A stretch of DNA of 64,000 nucleotides from Thermoplasmatales archaeon SW_10_69_26 (GCA_003009755.1 PXUB01000038.1:8946-72945); one strand, 5' to 3'. Counted from the first letter of the stretch, positions 28,281 to 38,277 are shown. The notes: generated by a model not told the origin, from the sequence alone. Translations and numbers: made by a program.

Positions 28281-29776
28281 CACGCGACCCCCCGAGCGGC
28301 GATCCCGACGGCGACCAACAGGCCGGTCGTGGCGTGCAGCCCCAGCGCGGCGGCCTGGTAGGCCACCAACTCGTCGGCCTCACCCTCGGCCTCGCGCACG
28401 CCGCGGACGACGTGCACGGCCAAGGGCAGCGTCGCCAGCGCACCCAGCGCGGGCCACGCCAGCCAGCCGGAGCCCACGAGGCCGACGATCGCGAGGTAGG
28501 CGAGCCCGAGCAGGCCCGCGATCGCCCACGGGGCGTGCTCGCCGACGCGGACGACCAGCGTCCGCTTGCCGGTGCGCTCGTCCCAGGGGGCATCCGGCAG
28601 CTCGTTCACCGCCAGCAGCGCGGCCATCAACGCGCCCACAGGCACACCCACCAAGAGGGCTTGGGCCGACAGGCCCCCCACCTGGACGGCGTGGGCCCCG
28701 GCCACGATCAGCGGACCGAACACCAGGCCCGCAGCCAGCTCGCCCAGGCCGCGGTGGCTGAGCCGGAAGGGATCGCCCGAGTAGGCGTAGCCGAGCCCGA
28801 CCCCGAGCACGCCCAACCCCAGCACCGACCCCCCGGTCGTGGCCGCCAACCACGAGCCCAGGACTCCGCCGAGGACGGCCAGGCCGACGGCGAGGGCCAG
28901 CACGCGTCGGGACCCCAGCAGGCCGCGCTGGATGACGCGCGAGCCGCCGGAGAACGGGGTCGGCGTCAGGTTGGCCTCGTCCACGCCGCGGCGATGGTCG
29001 TACACGTCGTTCAGCAGGTTCGCCGACAGGTGCAAGGCGGCCGCCGCGCCGAGCGCGGCACCGGCTCGGAGCGTGTCCAGGCTCGCCTGAGCGAACGCCA
29101 AGGCGGTCCCGACGAGCACCGGCACGATCGTCGCCGTCAGGAACCGGGCACGGGTGGCCTCGGCGAGCACGGCCAGCGGGTTGGGCCGCTCGTGGGCGTC
29201 AACCGACCAGTCCACGAGCAGCCTGTCCCCGTCGACGGTGACCTCCACCTCGGCCCCGATCTGGTCGACGAAGGCCTCCAGCAGGCCGGCCTGGAAGGCC
29301 ACCGGCAGCGAGCGATCGGGCCGCAAGCGGGCGCGGTGATCGTCGACGTGCTCGATGGCCAGGTCCGTGTCCGGGAAGAACCACGGGACGACCTCGTCGA
29401 CGGCCAGCTCGAGCATCCGGCGAGGCCGGCTCTCGAGGTGCTCGACGAGCGTCGTGTACATCGACGCCCACCGGTCCACGAAGCTGCGCCCGATGCGCGC
29501 CAGCCCTTGCTCGGGGTCCTCGGCGATCTCCTCCGCCAGCAGACCCAGGGCCTGGGTCCACGGCTCGGCCGGGACCGTCTCGTCCAGGCTCAACCGCTTG
29601 ACGTCGGAGGGCCCGCCGGCCGTGACGACGAGCTGATCCCACGGATCCAAGCCCAGGCTGGGCCGGTGGTTGGCCAGCAAGATCTTCCAGGCTAGGGCAC
29701 GGACGCTGCGATCGGTCCGGGGTCGGGTCGACGGGACGGCGGCCAGGGTCTCACCGCGGAGCCAGCCAGAGGACAC
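28280..29776 (-). CDS. menA: MenA/UbiA-family prenyltransferase fused to an N-terminal soluble (H-NOX/V4R-like) domain
   Basis: NLLNDVYDHRRGVD, FSGGSRVIQ, AYSGDPFRL..RGLGE, NELPD..D...GKRTL; about 190-aa soluble N-terminal extension; start uncertain. Confidence 0.8.
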   Translation of the reverse strand: MSSGWLRGETLAAVPSTRPRTDRSVRALAWKILLANHRPSLGLDPWDQLVVTAGGPSDVKRLSLDETVPAEPWTQALGLLAEEIAEDPEQGLARIGRSFVDRWASMYTTLVEHLESRPRRMLELAVDEVVPWFFPDTDLAIEHVDDHRARLRPDRSLPVAFQAGLLEAFVDQIGAEVEVTVDGDRLLVDWSVDAHERPNPLAVLAEATRARFLTATIVPVLVGTALAFAQASLDTLRAGAALGAAAALHLSANLLNDVYDHRRGVDEANLTPTPFSGGSRVIQRGLLGSRRVLALAVGLAVLGGVLGSWLAATTGGSVLGLGVLGVGLGYAYSGDPFRLSHRGLGELAAGLVFGPLIVAGAHAVQVGGLSAQALLVGVPVGALMAALLAVNELPDAPWDERTGKRTLVVRVGEHAPWAIAGLLGLAYLAIVGLVGSGWLAWPALGALATLPLAVHVVRGVREAEGEADELVAYQAAALGLHATTGLLVAVGIAARGVA

Positions 29777-30040
29777 GTTCCTTGAAAACGCTGTCCCCCC
29801 ACCGCCACGCGCTGTAAGGATAAGAAATGGGGGGGGGACCACCAAGTACGCGAAGGGACGCCAGGAAACAAAGACGAGCAGCTGCCGTGACAACGCCGCC
29901 CGGCGGCGAGTCACAGGGCCTTCATGGCCTTGGCGCTCCTTCGTGTCCTTCGCGGCCCCTGCTTAACGAGACAGCCGGCCACCGCCACCACGGCCAGCGA
30001 CCCCGAGGTTCTCAAGTAGGGCGAAGGGATACCCCTGCGC

Positions 30041-30859
30041 ATGGCCACGCTGACGTTCCTCGGGACCGGCGGGGGCCGGTTCTCGACGCTCTTCCAGACG
30101 CGAGCCACGGGAGGCGTCTACCTCGAGGACGGCCCAGCCCGCCTCCACATCGATCCAGGGCCCGGCGCCCTCCAGCAGCTGCACGAGGCCGGGCTCGACC
30201 CGACCGAGACCACCGGCGTCATGGTCAGCCACCGCCACCTCGATCACGCCAACGACGCCAACACCGTGATCGCCGGCATGACGCAAGGCGGCACCGAGGA
30301 ACGCGGCTACCTCGTCGGCTCCAAGAGCGTGATCGAAGGCCACGGCGACGAGGGCCCCGTCATCACGCGCCGCCACCGCGACCTCGTGACCGAGCACACG
30401 ACCGCCCGCCCGGGCGAATCGGCCCGCGTCTCCGGTCGCCGGGTCCGGTTCCTCGACACCGAGCACCGCGACCCCACCAACGTCGGGTTCGCGATCGAGA
30501 CCAGCGAGGGCACGGTCACCTACTTCACCGACTCCGTCGCGCGCGAGGATCTGATCGAGCAACTGCCGGGCGCCCGCGTCCTTCTGCTCGGCATCACCCG
30601 CCCGCGCGGCGCCGGCATCCCGGACCACATGTCGACCGAGGACGCCGTCGCCATCGCCGAACGCGTCCAGCCGGACCTGTTGGCCTTCACCCACCTCGGG
30701 CTCAAGCTGTTGCGCGGCGATCCCGAGGCCGAGGCCCGCTACGTGGAGGACGAGACCGGCGTCCGCACGATCGCAGCCCGCGACCTGACCCGGCTCGAGA
30801 TCGAGGACGCCATCACGGTCGCCCACCCCGAGACCCCGGAGATGGAGGCAAAAGGCTAA
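30041..30859 (+). CDS. Metallo-beta-lactamase fold hydrolase
   Basis: TFLGTGGGRF, IDPGPG, SHRHLDH, TEHRDP, FTD, PDHM, FTH. Confidence 0.9.
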   Translation: MATLTFLGTGGGRFSTLFQTRATGGVYLEDGPARLHIDPGPGALQQLHEAGLDPTETTGVMVSHRHLDHANDANTVIAGMTQGGTEERGYLVGSKSVIEGHGDEGPVITRRHRDLVTEHTTARPGESARVSGRRVRFLDTEHRDPTNVGFAIETSEGTVTYFTDSVAREDLIEQLPGARVLLLGITRPRGAGIPDHMSTEDAVAIAERVQPDLLAFTHLGLKLLRGDPEAEARYVEDETGVRTIAARDLTRLEIEDAITVAHPETPEMEAKG

Positions 30860-30936
30860 GAAGAGGAAGGGGATTCCCCGGCCCGTCCCGGCAAGAGTGC
30901 ACGGCCTCGTGTGCGAGCCCGGGGAGCGTGACGTTC

Positions 30937-31299
30937 ATGCTCGAAGAGAAGACCAACCCCCACCTCGTGGATACGGTGCTCGCGCTGAAGCAGGCCAGCA
31001 GCGAGCACGAGGCCCCCGTCTGGCGGGCCCTCGCCGAACAGCTCGAGAAACCCAGCCGCGTCCATCCGGACGTCAACGTCGGCGAGCTCCAACGCGTCGC
31101 CGACGATGACGCATCGATCGTCGCCGTGCCCGGCAAGGTGCTGGGCGGCGGGTACCTCGACCGCGAATTGACCGTGGCCGCCTGGAACTTCTCCGGGTCG
31201 GCCGAGGACAAGATCGAGGACGCCGGCGGCTCCGTGCTCACGCTGTCCGACGCCCTCGACGAGAACCCCGATGGCGAGAACGTGCAGGTGGTGGGCTAG
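30937..31299 (+). CDS. rpl18e: 50S ribosomal protein L18e
   Basis: KTNPHL...APVWR..AE.LEKPSR...VNVG...VPGKVLG.G; conserved operon position. Confidence 0.93.
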   Translation: MLEEKTNPHLVDTVLALKQASSEHEAPVWRALAEQLEKPSRVHPDVNVGELQRVADDDASIVAVPGKVLGGGYLDRELTVAAWNFSGSAEDKIEDAGGSVLTLSDALDENPDGENVQVVG

Positions 31300-31719
31300 A
31301 TGACGAAGGTCTTCGACGCCGGCGGATGCGTCCTGGGCCGCCTTGCCTCCGAGCTCGCCCAACAGATCCTCCACGACGACGAGCCCGTCAAGGTCGTGAA
31401 CGCCGAGCAGGCGATCGTGACCGGCGAGAAGAACGACGTGCTCGAGACGTACCGCAACAAGTACCACCGCGGTACCGAGCGCAAGGGTCCGCACTTCCCC
31501 CGCGCCCCCCACCGGCTCGTGAAGCGCACCGTGCGCGGCATGATCCCCTACGACCAGGCTCGCGGACGGAACGCCTACGAACGGTTGAAGTGCTACATCG
31601 GCGTTCCCGAGGACGTCGACGAGTCCGAGATCCAGTCCCTCGACGACGCCCAGCCCAAGTCCGTGCGCGAGCACGTGACCGTCGCGGAGATCTCCCGGGA
31701 CCTCGGAGCGAAGGTGTGA
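31300..31719 (+). CDS. rpl13: 50S ribosomal protein L13
   Basis: [42 protein letters not shown]. Confidence 0.95.
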   Translation: MTKVFDAGGCVLGRLASELAQQILHDDEPVKVVNAEQAIVTGEKNDVLETYRNKYHRGTERKGPHFPRAPHRLVKRTVRGMIPYDQARGRNAYERLKCYIGVPEDVDESEIQSLDDAQPKSVREHVTVAEISRDLGAKV

Positions 31720-31724
31720 GTTCC

Positions 31725-32132
31725 ATGGCTGACGACGTTGTGAACACGAGCGGGAAACGCAAGGAAGCCGTCGCCCGGGCCACGGTCCGCCCCGGCGAGG
31801 GTCGCATCCGCATCAACAACCGACCGGTCGAGATCATGGAGCCGCGCGTCGCTCGCGACAAGATGCTCGAACCGCTGCGCGTCGCCGGTGTCGACCACCG
31901 CGACGACGTCGACATCAACGTGAGCGTCGAAGGCGGCGGGTTCATGGGCCAAGCCGACGCGGCCCGCACCGCGATCGCTCGCGGCCTCGTCGACTTCTTC
32001 GACGACCCCGAGCTGCAGCAGACCTTCCTGCGCTACGATCGATCGCTGCTCGTGAACGACCCGCGCCGCAAGGAGCCCAAGCAGCCGATGGGTCCCGGTG
32101 CGCGCGCCAAGCGCCAGAAGTCCTACCGGTGA
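31725..32132 (+). CDS. rps9: 30S ribosomal protein S9
   Basis: [32 protein letters not shown]. Confidence 0.96.
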   Translation: MADDVVNTSGKRKEAVARATVRPGEGRIRINNRPVEIMEPRVARDKMLEPLRVAGVDHRDDVDINVSVEGGGFMGQADAARTAIARGLVDFFDDPELQQTFLRYDRSLLVNDPRRKEPKQPMGPGARAKRQKSYR

Positions 32133-32139
32133 TCGCACG

Positions 32140-32334
32140 ATGATCATCCCCGTCCGCTGCTTCTCGTGCGGCACGGTCATCGCCGACGCCTGGGAGGAGT
32201 ACAAGGAACGCACCGACGCCGGCGAGAACCCCCAACAGGTCCTCGAAGACGTGGGCCTGGAACGGTACTGCTGCCGGCGCATGCTCCTCTCCCACCGCGA
32301 GACGATCGACGAAGTGCGTCAGTACAGCATCTGA
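32140..32334 (+). CDS. rpoN: DNA-directed RNA polymerase subunit N (Rpo10)
   Basis: [11 protein letters not shown]...[11 protein letters not shown]. Confidence 0.96.
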   Translation: MIIPVRCFSCGTVIADAWEEYKERTDAGENPQQVLEDVGLERYCCRRMLLSHRETIDEVRQYSI

Positions 32335-32629
32335 GGGAGCATCTGAGGTCGACTCCCGTCGGCAGGCTGGCCTGAGCGGTCACGCTGACTGCGTCGGTCG
32401 GCATCGAGGTACCGCAGGTATACCTCTGCTTCGACCTCCTGGTCAGCGACCGCTCAGGGCCTCGACGTTCCCTCGAACCAGCCTGCCTCGGTCCGCCGGA
32501 CTCGGTCGCCGACGCTCAGATGCCGCAGCGGGCGGTGTGGACCGTGTCATCTATCGACCCGCACTGTCCCACCGGCGGGTCCGCCGTGGAGAGTAAGGCT
32601 AATGGGGAACCGGCCGTTCCCCGCCGCCA

Positions 32630-32702
32630 GGGCCCATAGGGTAACTTGGTATCCTTGCGCCTTTGGGTGGCGTTGATCCCCGTTCAAATCGGGGTGGGCC
32701 CA
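32630..32702 (+). tRNA. tRNA-Pro(UGG)
   Basis: Acceptor GGGCCCA/TGGGCCC-A, anticodon stem GCGCC/GGCGT with loop TTTGGGT, T-loop TTCAAAT; conserved position after rpoN. Confidence 0.95.
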
Positions 32703-32703
32703 C

Positions 32704-33070
32704 TTCTCGACGGCTGATGTCACAGCAGGACAGCCGTCGAGAAGCTCGACGGACCCGAGGCGTCGGCGAGGGTCCGTCTGAGCCTCGTGACCGCCAGCGA
32801 GCCCCCGAGCGCCCGCGGTCTCGAGGATGGTGGATGCAGGCTGACGTCACAGCAGAGCAGCCGTCGAGAAGCTCGACGGACCCGAGGCGCCAGCGAGGGT
32901 CCGTCTGAGGGGAGGGAAGCTCTGCTTCCCGAGCGAGGCCGCATCCATGCGGCCGGACCTCGAGACCGCAAGTTCGCACGGATCGACGATCCGTGCTCTC
33001 GCGAGGGTTCGCCGAGGGCAGGAACCCTCGCGACGAGCCCCGAGCGCCCGCGGTCTCGGGGATGGTGGGC
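32704..33070. repeat. Tandem hairpin-chain repeat immediately 3' of tRNA-Pro
   Basis: 13-bp IR at 32704-32716/32731-32743; about 68-nt unit duplicated at about 32715 and 32842; ccgagcgcccgcggtctcg.ggatggtgg occurs twice. Confidence 0.8.
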
Positions 33071-33366
33071 GGCGTCACTCGCAGGTAGGCGTCCGTGTGC
33101 GGTCGGAGGCTCCGGCCGGCTCGACCCCCCGCGGACGTCCGCTGGCGGACACGTCGAGTGAGAGAGCCTGGTAGCCGACGAGAGAGCCGGCCGCGCGGGC
33201 GATCCCTGCCAGGGCCGGAGTCGCGTTGACAGCTGCCGTCGGCCCAACCGATCGGCGTTGCAACACCTATCGAGACGGGTTCGGGCCGCTTGACCGGCGC
33301 GATGTGCAGTCTGGAACTCGTGACAAGCTTTTATAGCAGGGAACGGCAGCCCTTGGTGGCCGGTCC

Positions 33367-34086
33367 ATGGAAGGGTTCGACCGTATCTGCACCGGTGTCG
33401 CCGGTCTCGACTCCCAACTGGGAGGAGGGGTACCGCGAGGTACGTCGATCCTCCTCATCGCCGAATCCACCAACGCCCTCTACAAGTTCCTCGACGAGCT
33501 GGCCGCGTTCGGCGTCGAGCAGAAGGAGGAGGTCTTCTGGCTGGAGCTGGACCGCCCCTGGGACCTCGTCCGCGACAGCCTCGAGACCACGCTCGACGGC
33601 CGCCAGGGCAAGCTCACCGTGCTCAACGCCTTCCAACCCCACCTCGGTCAGGCGTCCACGAACGGCGACGCGATCGGAATGGAGACGATCGACCCCAGCG
33701 ACATCGAGGACGTGACCACCCACCGGTTGTCGAAGGTCGAGAAGGGCAACTACCGCATGGTGTTGACCTCGCTCAGCAGCATGCTGCAGACCGAGCCCGA
33801 GGACGAGGTGCTGGACTACGTGCGCCAGGTCGTCGCCCTCGGCCAGGACATGGGTGGCCTGCAGATCTTCACGATGGTCGAGGACGCCCACTCCGCCCAG
33901 ACGCTGGCCATGTTCAAGCACATGTGCACCGCCGTGTTCGAGCTGGGCATGGAACGCAAGGGCTTCGGCCTGTACTCCTACCTCAAGATCGAGAAACTCC
34001 TGGGCGTCCCCGACGCCGCCAACCTCATGCTCTTCGACGAGACCGACGAGGGCCTGCGCCTGGAGAACACCAAACGCGTGTTCTGA
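33367..34086 (+). CDS. RAD55/KaiC-like single-domain protein with degenerate Walker A
   Basis: RICTGVAGLDSQLGGGVPRGTSILL typical of KaiC/RAD55, but the P-loop reads AESTNALY; C-terminal LKIEKLLG...F..TDEGL. Confidence 0.8.
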   Translation: MEGFDRICTGVAGLDSQLGGGVPRGTSILLIAESTNALYKFLDELAAFGVEQKEEVFWLELDRPWDLVRDSLETTLDGRQGKLTVLNAFQPHLGQASTNGDAIGMETIDPSDIEDVTTHRLSKVEKGNYRMVLTSLSSMLQTEPEDEVLDYVRQVVALGQDMGGLQIFTMVEDAHSAQTLAMFKHMCTAVFELGMERKGFGLYSYLKIEKLLGVPDAANLMLFDETDEGLRLENTKRVF

Positions 34087-34145
34087 CCCGCACCGGTCAA
34101 GGCATCACGGGCAACACTTTAACGCCGCCAGGTCGCGTCCCCACC

Positions 34146-35159
34146 GTGCGCGTCACCCACGCGGTGATCGTCGGCCTCCTGCTCGTCAGCGCGGGCTGTC
34201 TGACCGGCGCCGACGAGACGGCCGAGGAGCCCGAGGACGGGAGCCTCGATGCTCGGGCCGACCCGAACACCGAGACCGACGCCACCTCCCGCGCCCCGGA
34301 ACCGGGCCCCCTCGAGGCCCCGCCCAGCTGGATCCCCGGCGAGTACTGGACGATCGAGATCGACAGCACCCTGCTCGACGAACCGATCACCTGGACGCGC
34401 GTCGTCGCCGGCTACAGCTCGGACACCTACCTGCTTGGCCAACCCGCCGAGGAGGCCACGCCGGCCGGCCTCCTGTTGCACGTGCCCGGCCTGGGCCCCG
34501 TCGACCAGGGCAACCTCTCCTACGGCGTGCACGGAGACGCCTTCCAGCCGACGGCGTTCCCGCTCGAGGAGGGCCAAGCCTGGCAGACGTCGTTCGAGGG
34601 CGACCCCGTGAACGCGACCGTGACCCGCGCCGGCGACGTCGCCGAGATCGCGTTCTGCTGCTCGCGGAACATCACCGCCACCTACGACCCCAGCGTGCGC
34701 GCGATCAGCTCGCTGTCCGTCGACGACGGCTTCCTCGCCTACGAGGTCACCGACCACGGCTACGCCTACGAGGGTGACATCGAGGTCCCCACCGAGCGCG
34801 AGGTCGTGTTCCTCCAGGGACGCGCGGCCGGCGCCCTCACGACCGACGGCTCGGCTGGCCCCCCGGCCGGGCAGGCCCAGGTCCCCGAGGCTGTGGACCG
34901 GGTCGCTTTCACGCAGATCGTCGGCAACCTCGACATGACACCCGCCGAGGAGATCGGCGCCTACCTCGAACGGGCCCAACTGCCGAACGGCTCCACCTAC
35001 ACCACCCAGCGATCGGCCAGAACCGACGGCCTGGCCATCAGCTTCCACGAGGCCGCCAACGCCTCCGGCACGTGGACCTTCGACCACGTCGCCGGCGGTC
35101 CCGGCCTGGCCTTCACCGAGGGCATCGGCTACCAGCTCGAGACGCGCACCCTCGGGTGA
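34146..35159 (+). CDS. Acidic lipoprotein of unknown function
   Basis: Lipobox SAGC, beta-rich mature domain. Confidence 0.75.
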   Translation: MRVTHAVIVGLLLVSAGCLTGADETAEEPEDGSLDARADPNTETDATSRAPEPGPLEAPPSWIPGEYWTIEIDSTLLDEPITWTRVVAGYSSDTYLLGQPAEEATPAGLLLHVPGLGPVDQGNLSYGVHGDAFQPTAFPLEEGQAWQTSFEGDPVNATVTRAGDVAEIAFCCSRNITATYDPSVRAISSLSVDDGFLAYEVTDHGYAYEGDIEVPTEREVVFLQGRAAGALTTDGSAGPPAGQAQVPEAVDRVAFTQIVGNLDMTPAEEIGAYLERAQLPNGSTYTTQRSARTDGLAISFHEAANASGTWTFDHVAGGPGLAFTEGIGYQLETRTLG

Positions 35160-35205
35160 GGCCCTCAAGGGTGGATACTTCAGGCACGACACCGATACCC
35201 CCTGC

Positions 35206-36552
35206 ATGGGTCTGGACGTCCGGGAACGGTTCCCCGTCACCGAGACGACGTTGACGAGCCCCGTCGACGGGGCCGAGCGACCGCTGGTCTACCTCGACCA
35301 CGCCGCCTCGACGCACGCGCCGACCCCCGTGCTCGACGCCCACAAACGCTTCCTCAGCGAAGCCTACGCCAACGTCCACCGGGGCGCACACCACCTCAGC
35401 GAGGTCAGCACGGAGGCCTACGAGGATGTGCGCTGGAAGTGCAAGGCCTTCGTCGGCGCCCGCCCGGACCAGGACGTCCTCTTCACGCCGAACACGACCG
35501 CCGCCCTCGACCTGGCCTCCCACCTCGTCGCCGACGAGCCCGGGTACACGCTCGTCACGACGATGGAGCACCACAGCAACGACCTCCCGCACCGGGAGAA
35601 GGGCGCCACCGCGCACGTCGGCGTCACCGACGATGGCCGGCTGGACCTGGCCGACCTCGAGGACAAGCTGGCCACGTACAAGACCAAGCTCGTCGCCGTC
35701 ACCATGGCCAGCAACGTCACCGGAATCCGGCCGCCGCTGGCCGAGATCACCGACCTGGCCCACAGCTACGGCGCCAAGGTCCTCGTCGACGGCGCCCAAG
35801 CCCTGGCCCACCTCCCCGTCGACCTGCGCGGGATCGGCGACACCGGCGGCCCCGACATGTTCGCCGCCGCCGGCCACAAGGCCTACGCCCCGATGGGCGC
35901 CGCCTTCCTCGTCGCCCCGCGCGAACTCGTGAACGACGCCGACCCCTACCAGCCCGGCGGCGGCACCGTGTCCCTGGTCGGCACCGACGACGTCGTCTGG
36001 ACGAAGGGCACCGACCGCCACCAAGGCGGCACCCCCAACGTGCCCGGCATCGTCGCCATGGGCGCCGCGCTGGACTTCCTGCGCGGCGTCGGCATGCAAG
36101 CCGTCCGCGACCACGAGCGCGAGCTGTTGACCCGCATGCTGGACGGCCTGGACGCGATCCCGGAGGTCGACGTGCTCGGCTCGGCCCCGGCCCGCGACCG
36201 CGTCGGCGCCGTCGGGTTCACGATCGACGGCGTCCACCACCGGCTGGCCTCCCAGATCTTCGACAACGAGCACGGCGTCGCCACCCGCAACGGCTGGTTC
36301 TGCGCCCACCCCTACATCGTGCGCCTGCTCGGCCTCGAGGACCGGGTGGACGAGCTGCGTCAACGCGTCCACGACGGCGGCAGCGCCCGCGAACCCGGGT
36401 TCCCCGGCGCGGTGCGCGCCAGCCTGGGCATCTACAACACCCGCGAGGAGATCGACCACTTCCTCGACGCCGTCCGCCAGGTTGCCGGCCGCGACTGGCA
36501 GGGCAGCTACGCCTACACCGAAGGCGACAACTGGCGTCCCGCCCGAACGTGA
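35206..36552 (+). CDS. Class V PLP aminotransferase / SufS-type cysteine desulfurase
   Basis: YLDHAAST, ANVHRG, MEHHSN, DGAQ, GHK (PLP Lys), RNGWFCAHP. Confidence 0.9.
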   Translation: MGLDVRERFPVTETTLTSPVDGAERPLVYLDHAASTHAPTPVLDAHKRFLSEAYANVHRGAHHLSEVSTEAYEDVRWKCKAFVGARPDQDVLFTPNTTAALDLASHLVADEPGYTLVTTMEHHSNDLPHREKGATAHVGVTDDGRLDLADLEDKLATYKTKLVAVTMASNVTGIRPPLAEITDLAHSYGAKVLVDGAQALAHLPVDLRGIGDTGGPDMFAAAGHKAYAPMGAAFLVAPRELVNDADPYQPGGGTVSLVGTDDVVWTKGTDRHQGGTPNVPGIVAMGAALDFLRGVGMQAVRDHERELLTRMLDGLDAIPEVDVLGSAPARDRVGAVGFTIDGVHHRLASQIFDNEHGVATRNGWFCAHPYIVRLLGLEDRVDELRQRVHDGGSAREPGFPGAVRASLGIYNTREEIDHFLDAVRQVAGRDWQGSYAYTEGDNWRPART

Positions 36553-36652
36553 GGTCGCCGGCGGGTGTGGGCCGGGCCCGCATGCCCGTCTCTGCCTGTA
36601 CCGTCGGCCCGATGCGAAGGTTGATACCCGGGCAAGCGTTAGATGCGGTCCC

Positions 36653-38275
36653 GTGACGCAAACGAGGTTCATCGTGGTCACGGGGGGTGTCCTCTCCGGA
36701 TTGGGGAAGGGCATCACGACCTCCTCGATCGGACGACTGTTGAAAGCCAGCGGGCTCTCCGTCACGGCCGTCAAGATCGATCCCTACGTCAACTGCGACG
36801 CAGGGACGATGAACCCCTTCGAGCACGGCGAGGTGTTCGTGCTCGAGGACGGGGGCGAGGTCGACCTGGACCTTGGGAACTACGAGCGCTTCCTCGACAC
36901 CAACATCCCCAAGGACAACAACCTCACCACCGGCAAGGTCTACCGCAGCGTCATCGAGAAGGAACGCCAGGGCGAGTACCTGGGCAAGACGGTCCAGATC
37001 GTCCCCCACGTCACCGAGGAGATCCGCGAGCGCGTCGAGGAGGCCGCCGCGAAGGCCAACGCCGACGTCTGCCTCGTCGAGGTCGGTGGCACCGTCGGCG
37101 ACATGGAGTCGATGCCGTTCCTGGAGGGCCTGCGTCAGCTGTCCCGCGAGCACGGCCGGGACAACGTCGTGTTCGTTCACACCACGCTGGTCCCGATCCT
37201 CGCCCCGGTCGGCGAGCAGAAGACCAAGCCCACCCAGCACAGCGTCAAGGAGCTGAAGGCGACCGGCATCGAGCCCGACATGATCGTGTGCCGGTGCGAG
37301 GAGCCGCTCGCGGAGAGCACGCGCGAGAAGATCTCGCACTTCTGCGACGTCGACACGGACGCCGTCGTCGGCGCCCCCGACGTCGACACGAAGTACCAGG
37401 TCCCCTTGCTCATCCACGACCAGGGCGTCGACGACTGGCTCGAGGAACGGTTGGACCTGGACCGGGACGAGCCCGACCTCGACCCCTGGAAGCGGTTCCT
37501 CGACGGCGTCCAGAACCCGACCCACGACGTCGAGATCGCGATCGTGGGCAAGTACACCGAGCTCGAGGACGCCTACATGAGCATCACCGAGGCGTTCAAC
37601 CACGCCGGCTCGGAGCTGTCGACCGACGTCGGCATCCGCTGGGTCGACAGCGACGAGCTGACCCTCGAGGACCTCGAGGAGGCCGACGACCCCGATGGCA
37701 TCCTCGTCCCCGGTGGCTTCGGAGCCCGCGGCACGCAGGGCAAGATCAACGCCATCCGGCACGCCCGCGAGGAGAAGATCCCGTTCCTCGGAATCTGCTA
37801 CGGGTTCCAGCTCGCCGTCGTCGAGTTCGCCCGCAACGTCCTCGGCCTCGAGGACGCCACCTCCAAGGAGCTGATGGAGGAGAGGGGCATCGACTCCGAG
37901 AACCCCGTCATCGACCTCCTCCCCGAGCAACGCTCCGTGGACGCCAAGGGTGGCACGATGCGGCTCGGTGCCACGCCCGTCCGCATCGACGCCGGCACCA
38001 CCGCCCACGAGCTGTACGGGACCGAGCTCGTGCTCGAACGCCACCGCCACCGCTACGAGGTCAACCCCCGCTACCACGACGACCTCATCGACCACGGTCT
38101 CACCTTCAGCGGCTGCGACTCGACCGGTCTCCGCATGGAGATCCTCGAGCACGAGGATCACCCATTCTTCCTCGGCAGCCAGTTCCACCCGGAGTTCAAA
38201 AGCCGACCCGGCGACCCCGCCCCGCTGTTCCGCGGGCTCGTGCAAGCCACGCTCAAGGCCGACGACGGGGTCTAG
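36653..38275 (+). CDS. pyrG: CTP synthase
   Basis: TGGVLSGLGKG, KIDPY, KTKPTQHSV, GICYG, QFHPEF. Confidence 0.97.
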   Translation: MTQTRFIVVTGGVLSGLGKGITTSSIGRLLKASGLSVTAVKIDPYVNCDAGTMNPFEHGEVFVLEDGGEVDLDLGNYERFLDTNIPKDNNLTTGKVYRSVIEKERQGEYLGKTVQIVPHVTEEIRERVEEAAAKANADVCLVEVGGTVGDMESMPFLEGLRQLSREHGRDNVVFVHTTLVPILAPVGEQKTKPTQHSVKELKATGIEPDMIVCRCEEPLAESTREKISHFCDVDTDAVVGAPDVDTKYQVPLLIHDQGVDDWLEERLDLDRDEPDLDPWKRFLDGVQNPTHDVEIAIVGKYTELEDAYMSITEAFNHAGSELSTDVGIRWVDSDELTLEDLEEADDPDGILVPGGFGARGTQGKINAIRHAREEKIPFLGICYGFQLAVVEFARNVLGLEDATSKELMEERGIDSENPVIDLLPEQRSVDAKGGTMRLGATPVRIDAGTTAHELYGTELVLERHRHRYEVNPRYHDDLIDHGLTFSGCDSTGLRMEILEHEDHPFFLGSQFHPEFKSRPGDPAPLFRGLVQATLKADDGV

Positions 38276-38277
38276 CC

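Noticed and set aside
31297-31302. L18e-L13 fusion by readthrough (TAG directly followed by in-frame ATG)
   Set aside because: Both proteins have normal lengths; abutting genes are ordinary in this operon
32334-32629. SRP RNA or RNase P RNA
   Set aside because: No SRP helix-8 (CAGG..GGAA..AGCAG) or RNase P CR-I/CR-V motifs seen on either strand
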